A stretch of 64,000 nucleotides of DNA, from NCBI GenBank assembly GCA_044341565.1, contig JBIIRM010000005.1, positions 882 to 64,881 on the forward strand, read 5' to 3'. This document shows positions 57,901-64,000 of the stretch, piece by piece (within the stretch, counting starts at the first letter, position 1; the number at the start of each line of letters is the position of its first letter). The position numbers and the translations under genes are program-made. The notes below the pieces were generated by a model, which had not been told where the DNA came from, did no database searches, and was given only the letters and a program-made list of their open reading frames with translations. The DNA comes from Minisyncoccia bacterium. Its GTDB lineage: Bacteria > Patescibacteriota > Minisyncoccia > SW-4-49-11.

Positions 57901-58425
57901 ACATTAGAAGATTATAATGATAGTATTGAGGCTATTATATTTCCAAGTATTTATGGACCTATATCTGATGCTATTGTCCCCGGTAAAGGTTTTGCTCTCA
58001 AAGGAAAGCGCCAAGATAAAGATGGAAGTTCTCAATTTATTGTATCAGAAGTCAAATCTCTCTCTGATACTGATATAAATACTTGGATTACCACAAAAGA
58101 AAAGAGAGATAATGGTAATTCGGTTGAGGATATTGGAGCTAGTATACCTGAGCCTGATGAGAGTATACCAAATACTATCCCCACAACTCCTGAAGGACAG
58201 GAAATTGTAGGTGTTAATATTATTATCCCCCCACACACCTCTAAAGATTCCTTGGAAAAAGTAAGAGATATATTAAATCGAGAGCCTCGAGGTAATTGTC
58301 CGGTATATCTAGTTGCTAATTATAATACCCCAAATGTACAAATAAAATCCACTAATTTTGTAATTCAATATTCCGAAGAACTTATCTCTAGAATAAAATA
58401 TATTCTCAATAATCAAGAAGATTAA
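54904..58425 (+). CDS. dnaE: DNA polymerase III alpha subunit
   Basis: PHP domain (FVHLNTRSHYSILEA), polymerase core (GRGSAAGSLVAYLLAITDLDP, PDIDIDF), and OB fold. A ~120-aa C-terminal extension follows the OB domain. Confidence 0.95.
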   Translation: MQEFVHLNTRSHYSILEAIGSIDAIIARAQLLKFDTITLADKDNMFGAIEFYEKAKKANIKPILGICLSVGSFDAGDNKSYSLTLLAKSYPGYMNLIELASLVRLNAHKYVSFEELSQYSDGIICLTGNYTGEIASYLIHTPSKVSAWIKSYKDIFKENLYFEVLPLINTPDQLKANTLLTKLGVSAQIPLVLTAQSMYLTSEQKTAHDIMLAIKYKTNIQNPDRISFAYEDYSLKSAKEIYTLAQELNIPEEAILNTRTIADACNVEIPLYQIQLPAFEVPPLESGEKLSNENYLRYLCEDGIVKRYPGKDQKPIRERLEYEFDVIKTAGYIDYFLIVSDFINWAKNNSILVGPGRGSAAGSLVAYLLAITDLDPLEYQLLFERFLNPARVSMPDIDIDFQDNKRELVLQYVAQKYGQDHVAQICTFGTMAAKAAIRDTGRALGYSYGLCDSIAKLIEQKTIAKSIANSRELKARYEQEEKVTTLIDAAQELEGSVRHTSTHACAVVISPKKLTSYTPLQISESGGKTSITTQYEMHAIEDLGLLKMDFLGLSNLSTIESTLELIQSQTGTIIDINNLPIKDALTYKLFQKGQTTGVFQFESQGMKKALIGLKPSDFNDLIAMVSLYRPGPMELIPTYIARKHGKEEVSYLHPNLEPILKPTYGIMIYQEQLMQASQAVAGFSLPEADTLRKAVGKKIKELMDEQKTNIIEGTVKQGIERQVGEKLWELIEPFGDYGFNKSHAACYAFIAYQTAYLKAHYPLQFMVALLNSDAKDMTRIAIDITESRQLGLKIQAPHINKSSAQFSGSDSTIFYGLASIKNMSSHLAEYIEQERINNGPFSSLENFFKRIPAKELNKKNLEALIKGGALDELEKRHTLITNIDTISVYIKKLSDINTIVPTNSLFGNTAPTAPVLDLVDSPISPTEQLNQILELENHYLGLWISAHPIDEYKTIIEDLAFPSIKELKESKRKTGMILAGIIKENKIIMTKSGSKMAFVTLEDYNDSIEAIIFPSIYGPISDAIVPGKGFALKGKRQDKDGSSQFIVSEVKSLSDTDINTWITTKEKRDNGNSVEDIGASIPEPDESIPNTIPTTPEGQEIVGVNIIIPPHTSKDSLEKVRDILNREPRGNCPVYLVANYNTPNVQIKSTNFVIQYSEELISRIKYILNNQED

Positions 58426-58432
58426 TATCCCC

Positions 58433-59065
58433 TCACCTCTCAATAAATGGAAATATTTTTATATCATTAATTGAGGATGTATGTAAATTAACCCCCTTAT
58501 ATAAAGGGAAAAATATATTTTTTACATATTTATTTTTACTCCCGAGTAACCCAATAGATATTTGTCCCCCTATAAATACAAGAGACCATAAAGCCTGGTC
58601 CCAATAGCAATACAAATTTATCAGCTTTATCTTTTTTTGTTGTAATTTTTCTTGTAAATAATCCGGGAATACCGTATTTTGAGGAATATTGCTCTGAATA
58701 AATATAATTTTTTTGACTGAAGAGGGTAATATATGTTTTGTAAGATATTTGAATAACAAAGAACTCCCTGCTGAGTGGCATACAATCACCTCTGGTTGTG
58801 TTAATTTTAATTCTTTTTGTAAGCTATCATATACTTCTTGATTTTCTATTTTTAACATCTCAGCATTATATTGTTTTATACTTGTTTTTACATTAATAGT
58901 TTCCCAAAAATTCAGTTTACGAGACATTTCCCAACGAAATACTTTAGCCTCCCCCGCCTCAATTAAATCATCAAAAGCTCCAAAGCCAGCATTTTCTCCT
59001 TCTGCTGATTTTAAAAAAGAATATTGCAAACCAATACCATATCCATGTATAAGTAAATATTTCAT
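58433..59065 (-). CDS. Alpha/beta-hydrolase-like protein (hypothetical)
   Basis: Nucleophile-elbow-like VCHSAGS, about 210 aa. Confidence 0.4.
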   Translation of the reverse strand: MKYLLIHGYGIGLQYSFLKSAEGENAGFGAFDDLIEAGEAKVFRWEMSRKLNFWETINVKTSIKQYNAEMLKIENQEVYDSLQKELKLTQPEVIVCHSAGSSLLFKYLTKHILPSSVKKIIFIQSNIPQNTVFPDYLQEKLQQKKIKLINLYCYWDQALWSLVFIGGQISIGLLGSKNKYVKNIFFPLYKGVNLHTSSINDIKIFPFIER

Positions 59066-59210
59066 ATGTCTATATTATACATTTTTGAAACCTATTATGC
59101 TATACTATGTATACTTCTCTATTATTTTCATGTCCTCAAATCCTCTGAACACATTACAGACTACTATCTGGCAAACTCTTCTGAAAGACTTCAATGCACT
59201 GTACTCAGAC

Positions 59211-59355
59211 CAACAAACTCCTCCAGAAGTACTGAGGAATCATCCTATACTCCGCCACCCTAACCCAACTCCCCTTACACAAGCAACAAACTCCTCCAGA
59301 AGTGCTGAGAAATCATCCTGTACTTCACCACCCTAACCCAACTCTCCTTACAGAT
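59211..59355. repeat. Two tandem copies of a ~72-nt direct repeat in an intergenic region
   Basis: caacaaactcctccagaagt[a/g]ctgag[g/a]aatcatcct[a/g]tact[c/t]c[g/a]ccaccctaacccaact[c/t][c/t]ccttaca occurs twice back to back (59211..59283 and 59284..59355). Confidence 0.75.
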
Positions 59356-59435
59356 TAGTAGGTGGGAGTTTTTCTTGTTTTGCAAAAAATGTATATTTAG
59401 TCTATAATACTTAAGTCTAAAAATAACTGTTATTT

Positions 59436-60491
59436 GTGTTGGGCCAAGCCCTATTATTTCCCTTATATATGTCTAGAATATCTTCTCTTGGCACACTTCT
59501 TAGTTTGCCTACCCAAATTATATCTTCAAAGGATTCTGTTGAGAATTCTTGTGAGAATTATCGTACTATTGAATGGGGAAAATATTCTCGGTCCTATCAT
59601 AATCTTTTATCCGCTCAATTTACCGCGCTTTTATCTAATCATAGAGGATTTAGTTATATAAATAACTCTATTTATCATAATAATTCTAAAAACTCTCTTA
59701 ACTTAGAGAATTTAGTACAGCAAAGTCTCATTCATCGTCCTAAAATTATATGGCTTCCTTGTATGGACGAGAGAATACAATATCTCACAGCCTCTCATCA
59801 TGCTTTATCTCTTGGAATGCCGGGATGTGAATGTCTTATGTCTTATACCAATAAAGCTACAATGATAGATGATATTATTGATATTTGCAAAGATAGTCCA
59901 AGCATACAAGAAATTATTACTACCTCTCATTCTGACTGTGGAGCTGTTGATTATGCGATAAAAAAATATGATAAGGCCCATATAGTAAGTCGTATTACTC
60001 ATAAATTAAAAAAGAGAGCGGCTCTCATTGATAAAGAGGGAGAAAAATATGCCCTCCATTTTACTCACTTATTAGAAAATGCTCTCCAAGAAAATAATCT
60101 CAATATTTCCGTAAGAACTCATCATTTTCAACAACAAGAATTACATTCCCAAAATCTACATAATGCCTTTGGGGCAATTATTAATTTCAACCCTCTTCTT
60201 AATAGTGCTGAATTAGAGGAAAATCTAGAATTACCGATGTTTAATATTTATGCTGGTGGCCAAAAGCCGACACAAATACTCAAAAATATTGAGTTAGCTT
60301 TACGTATATCTGCAGGGGAGAATGGATTCGGTAATATCTATTTCAATAAAGAGAATCCTTTCATCTTATTCTTCACCCTTAATCAAAACCAATCCCCCGA
60401 TTCAATCAAATTCACTCAATCTATTATCAAAAAATTACAAGAAAAAGACCTCCCACTTGAAGTTGTGTACACTATATTAGAGACAGCCTAA
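59436..60491 (+). CDS. Hypothetical protein with beta-carbonic-anhydrase-like Cys/His/Cys motif arrangement
   Basis: WLPCMDERI followed ~57 residues later by TSHSDCGAV, matching the beta-CA CxDxR ... HxxCG zinc-site spacing. The remainder is unassigned. Confidence 0.4.
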   Translation: MLGQALLFPLYMSRISSLGTLLSLPTQIISSKDSVENSCENYRTIEWGKYSRSYHNLLSAQFTALLSNHRGFSYINNSIYHNNSKNSLNLENLVQQSLIHRPKIIWLPCMDERIQYLTASHHALSLGMPGCECLMSYTNKATMIDDIIDICKDSPSIQEIITTSHSDCGAVDYAIKKYDKAHIVSRITHKLKKRAALIDKEGEKYALHFTHLLENALQENNLNISVRTHHFQQQELHSQNLHNAFGAIINFNPLLNSAELEENLELPMFNIYAGGQKPTQILKNIELALRISAGENGFGNIYFNKENPFILFFTLNQNQSPDSIKFTQSIIKKLQEKDLPLEVVYTILETA

Positions 60492-60554
60492 TTTTTATTT
60501 GACGATATTCTTTAGAATTGTTAATCTAACATATATACATCAAAAAAATATACT

Positions 60555-62390
60555 ATGTTTAGATCACGCAAATCTCTGTTTATCTTTTTAGGATTTGCTA
60601 TTATATTAAGTTTTGCTATAGGATACAGTATTCCAAATAATTTTATTCAATCACCACAAATAAATCCTTCAGATACCATTCCCACAGAATCTTTTTCTGA
60701 GCAAAATCTTCATTATTCCTATCTTAATGATAAAAACTATTTTGAAGAAGCCTTTCAAAATTTACCTCAACCGACAAATTCCAAGAGTGAGGATATAAAA
60801 GGTCTTATTATACCTCATCATCTGGTCGCAAAAAAACTTATTGCTAATGCCTTTAATCAAGTTACATCTGATAAACCTCTTACAGTATTTCTTATTAGTC
60901 CTAATCACTTTAATACTGGTCGAGGGCAAATCATCACATCTCAATATGACTGGAGTACTCCCTATGGTATTATTGAGCCCAATACTCAAATAATTGATAA
61001 GCTGATTGAAATTAATACTACTATAAAAATAGATGAATCTCCATTTACTAATGAACATGGAATATCAAATGAAGTTTCTTTTATCAAAAAAACTCTTCCT
61101 CAGGCTCAAATTGTCCCCCTTATTATTAAAGATACAATATCACAGAATCAAATTAATACTTTTGTTGATAATTTAACTCAAAATCTTCCAGAAAATTATC
61201 TTTTCGTTGCTTCCCTAGACTTTTGTCATAATAAAGGAGTTACCATATGTAATCAAAATGATAAAAAAAGTCTTTCTATTCTCTCCAAATTTGACTATAA
61301 AGACACTAAAAGTGTTGATGTAGACTCTCCAGCAGGATTACAAATACTATTACAAAGTCTCAATAAACTTGGCTATTCTCAATTTAATCTTCTAGAAAAT
61401 ACTAATTCTGTAAATATTATAGGAGAAGCACCTAATGATGAAATGGTCAGTTATATTACAGGATATATCACCAAAAAATCTGAGAGCAAAAAAGTAGATA
61501 TATTATCTTTTGGGGATATGATGCTTGATAGATATATGCGTAATGCCATTAATTCTAGAGGTTTTGATGCTATTTTTGAGAATATGAGAAGTATTATTAA
61601 GGATAAAAATATTGTTTTAGCTAATTTAGAAGGAAGTTTCACCTCTTTTACCCCAAAACCCCTTAATCCTAATAATTTACAATTTACTTTTGACCCTGCT
61701 ATTGTACCTAAATTAAAAGACTTGGGATTTACTCATTTTGGACTTGCTAATAATCATTCTCTTAATTTTGGATTAGCTGGGCTTAATCAAACCAAAGATT
61801 TTCTCAGTAAATCAGATATAGACTATTTTGGAGAACCCAATAATAAAGATGCTATTTCCTTTATTCAATCAGTTAATGATATGAATATTGGACTTATTGG
61901 ATATCATGAATTTAACAATCCTGATACTAATTCTGTAATACAAGAAATCAAATCTCTCAAGGATAAAACTGATTTTATTATCGTATATCCACATTGGGGT
62001 ATTGAATATCAAACTCAATTCTCTAAAGGACAGCAAGTTAAAGCACATCAATTTATTGATGTGGGGGCAGATGCCGTAATTGGAGCTCATCCACATGTTA
62101 TACAACCAATAGAAATATATCAGAATAAACCCATATTCTACTCCTTAGGAAATTTTATATTTGACCAAACATTTTCAAAAAACACCCAACAAGGACTTGC
62201 TATCAATATTACCTTACAAGATAATAATGCTACTTATACATTAACCCCTCTAGAGTCTCGCAATTTAATCCCCTATATTGCAGAAGATAATTCTCGTAAA
62301 ACAATACTCTCAAAGCTTACTGAAAATTCATCTATTCCTGAAAATATAAAACCTCAGTTAGAATTGGGGACAATTAATTTGACCCGATAA
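60555..62390 (+). CDS. Fusion protein: N-terminal Memo-like domain + C-terminal CapA-family (poly-gamma-glutamate synthesis) metallophosphatase domain
   Basis: Signal anchor. The N-terminal half has GLIIPHHLVA...ISPNHF. The C-terminal half has the CapA/PgsA metallophosphatase blocks (DILSFGDMMLDR, GLANNHSLNFG, IGAHPHVIQP, YSLGNFIFDQ). Confidence 0.55.
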   Translation: MFRSRKSLFIFLGFAIILSFAIGYSIPNNFIQSPQINPSDTIPTESFSEQNLHYSYLNDKNYFEEAFQNLPQPTNSKSEDIKGLIIPHHLVAKKLIANAFNQVTSDKPLTVFLISPNHFNTGRGQIITSQYDWSTPYGIIEPNTQIIDKLIEINTTIKIDESPFTNEHGISNEVSFIKKTLPQAQIVPLIIKDTISQNQINTFVDNLTQNLPENYLFVASLDFCHNKGVTICNQNDKKSLSILSKFDYKDTKSVDVDSPAGLQILLQSLNKLGYSQFNLLENTNSVNIIGEAPNDEMVSYITGYITKKSESKKVDILSFGDMMLDRYMRNAINSRGFDAIFENMRSIIKDKNIVLANLEGSFTSFTPKPLNPNNLQFTFDPAIVPKLKDLGFTHFGLANNHSLNFGLAGLNQTKDFLSKSDIDYFGEPNNKDAISFIQSVNDMNIGLIGYHEFNNPDTNSVIQEIKSLKDKTDFIIVYPHWGIEYQTQFSKGQQVKAHQFIDVGADAVIGAHPHVIQPIEIYQNKPIFYSLGNFIFDQTFSKNTQQGLAINITLQDNNATYTLTPLESRNLIPYIAEDNSRKTILSKLTENSSIPENIKPQLELGTINLTR

Positions 62391-62436
62391 GATACTATGT
62401 TACTATTAACATATCATTAATATAAAAACCTATTTT

Positions 62437-64000
62437 ATGGCTGATAATATTGACCCTATCAATACATCCTCAACTCCTGAATCTACTCCAAATCCAATAA
62501 CTCCCCCTATACAAAACCCTAAGAAAAATCCAAAGAAAACACTTCTTATTATTGTATTTGCTCTTCTCTTACTCGGAGCAGCTGGAGCAAGTGGATATTT
62601 TTTATCTCAAAAAATGAATCCTTCTAATCCAGAAACTCCTATTCAGACAGAAGTCACTAATACAAACACCATACCTGAGGCTACAACCCCTGAACCAGCA
62701 ACACCCTTTATATCTTGGATAGAACCTCAAAAAATAGCTTCTCTAGGATTATATCCAACAACAAAAACAGAGGAAGATTTTGATGCAGTGATTGATGAGC
62801 AAGCAACCTATTCTAAGTTAGGAACTATTAATAAAGATGTCTATAAAGGGTATGATATTATTTTAGTCACAGTTGATGGAGGTCTTGGTGGGGGAGGTTC
62901 TAGGTACTTACGGTTTATAAAAAATGAAGATAAAATTGTATTTTTAACTAAATACTCCACGGAAAGATTTGAAAATGATAGATTAATAGATAGTAAATTT
63001 ACTGAAGACAAAACTTTTGCAATATTAGATCTTGATTTTCCAAAAACTATTACAGGAGCTTCTCCTCGACAAATATTAACCAAGACTACGGAAGCCAATG
63101 GTATTAATTATATTCCTTTTGATAAAACTAATTTAACCAAAGCATTTACTGATGCTAAGCTTGGAGATGTATATACTTCTACAAAAAAATCACGAGAATT
63201 TAATCTTGCCAATAAAATTACAAGTGTAAGTGATGTAAACTCAGCTTTTTTTGGAAAAAGTGGATTTTATATTAAATCTCCCGATGGTGGAACAGTAGCT
63301 TATAATCTTGATATTGATTTTATCAAAGATAAAAGTACTCCTGAAATAACATATCTTGATGGAAAGAACAATACCAAGGAATTCCTCTCTACTGATATCG
63401 GTGGTTGTGGTAGCACTAATTTTATATCTGTAGTTGATGATATTAATGTCACAACGGATCTTGAGAAAATTGGAACCAATTCTAAAGGAGATGATATATA
63501 TAAGCTTAAAGATACTAATAATACTCTCCTAAAGAACTTCTATGATAATAATTATTTCCCAGAAGGAAAAAAATTAGCCTATAAAGATTTTGTAGCAAAA
63601 AACCCTCTTATTTTCTGGGTTGATCCCTTTAACCGCATAGTCAAATTTACTGATGTTACCTATATTCCTGCTGCAGAATGTGGAAAGCCTGTTATTTATC
63701 TATATCCAAAAGAGACAACTCAAATAAATGTACAAGTTGAGCCACAAGGAGGATTTACTTATACTGATCCTGTATATCCTGAAGGTGGGTGGAATGTACT
63801 TGCTACTCCTCAAGGTAAATTAACATATCTTCTTGATAATAAGCCTTATCCTTATCTCTTCTGGGAAGGTCGTGGAGGTTTATATGAAAAGCCAAAACAA
63901 GGTTTTGTCGTAAAAAAAGCAGAAGTATATTCTTTCTTACAACAAAAATTAGCTGAATTAGGACTTAATACACAAGAATCAGTAGATTTCCTAGAATTCT
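62437..64000 (+). CDS. Hypothetical secreted protein, partial (runs off window end)
   Basis: MADNIDPINTSSTPESTPNPITPP... followed by a TM anchor; the frame stays open for 521 codons to position 64000. Confidence 0.5.
   Translation, partial: MADNIDPINTSSTPESTPNPITPPIQNPKKNPKKTLLIIVFALLLLGAAGASGYFLSQKMNPSNPETPIQTEVTNTNTIPEATTPEPATPFISWIEPQKIASLGLYPTTKTEEDFDAVIDEQATYSKLGTINKDVYKGYDIILVTVDGGLGGGGSRYLRFIKNEDKIVFLTKYSTERFENDRLIDSKFTEDKTFAILDLDFPKTITGASPRQILTKTTEANGINYIPFDKTNLTKAFTDAKLGDVYTSTKKSREFNLANKITSVSDVNSAFFGKSGFYIKSPDGGTVAYNLDIDFIKDKSTPEITYLDGKNNTKEFLSTDIGGCGSTNFISVVDDINVTTDLEKIGTNSKGDDIYKLKDTNNTLLKNFYDNNYFPEGKKLAYKDFVAKNPLIFWVDPFNRIVKFTDVTYIPAAECGKPVIYLYPKETTQINVQVEPQGGFTYTDPVYPEGGWNVLATPQGKLTYLLDNKPYPYLFWEGRGGLYEKPKQGFVVKKAEVYSFLQQKLAELGLNTQESVDFLEF

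Noticed and set aside
59066-59336. Two overlapping plus-strand ORFs (65 and 83 aa)
   Set aside because: They are generated by reading through the 72-nt tandem repeat. They have low-complexity Pro/Ser/Thr translations and no RBS, so they are likely non-coding.
59250-59340. Telomere-like ccctaaccc motif inside the tandem repeat
   Set aside because: It is a single occurrence per unit within a 72-nt repeat, not a tandem hexamer array. Coincidental.
1-64000. Alternative genetic code (UGA=Gly, code 25) suggested by low GC and CPR-like gene content
   Set aside because: Very long ORFs (dnaE 1173 aa, uvrB, hisS) are intact under the standard code and RF2, which reads UGA, is encoded. The standard code fits.

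Overview
The window is a gene-dense (~90% coding), AT-rich (~30% GC) bacterial chromosomal segment read with the standard genetic code. RF2 (prfB) is present and long ORFs are intact, so an alternative code is not indicated.

Gene content suggests a small-genome, monoderm-like bacterium. This is inference only: there are two paralogous type IV pilin-like genes, a sortase, an rpsF-ssb-rpsR cluster with no rplI, and an archaeal-type class I aldolase, which is consistent with a Patescibacteria/CPR-like lineage.

Housekeeping genes present:
- Translation and ribosome: hisS, prfB, ychF, rpsF-ssb-rpsR-rpsT.
- DNA replication and repair: uvrB, dnaE, holA, xth.
- Cell division and transport: ftsEX, and a heterodimeric ABC exporter.
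- Central metabolism and other enzymes: gpmA, class I FBA, dcd, alr, speH, bcp, cyclophilin, ccdA, Hsp20.
- tRNAs: tRNA-Ala(GGC) and tRNA-Asn(GTT).

Notable non-routine content:
1. A heliorhodopsin gene (8774..9610).
2. Several genes of clearly higher GC embedded in the AT-rich background: a cyanobacterial-type aldehyde-deformylating oxygenase (ADO), an acyl-lipid delta-9 desaturase and a CFA-synthase-like methyltransferase. This looks like horizontally acquired lipid/hydrocarbon-modifying genes.
3. The tRNA-Asn locus carries a 16-nt exact duplicate of its 5' end plus a truncated GIY-YIG gene remnant upstream. Downstream it has a degenerate duplicate of its 3' end (and a second, weaker copy), flanking small islands. 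One island carries a sigma70-like promoter driving two tandem glycine-rich micro-ORFs, followed by an M16 peptidase.
4. A 2-kb repeat-rich segment (12.5-14.6 kb) holds a tandem-duplicated ribbon-helix-helix gene, two small membrane-protein genes, and repeated GC-rich hairpin elements showing compensatory changes.
5. Homopolymeric tracts: C11 in the promoter of a secreted repeat-protein gene, and G9 (coding strand) inside a pilin-like CDS. These are candidate phase-variation switches.
6. A pilin N-terminus fused to a LamG-like lectin domain, with a perfect 14-bp inverted repeat upstream of its start.

Several rho-independent terminators are visible between convergent genes.
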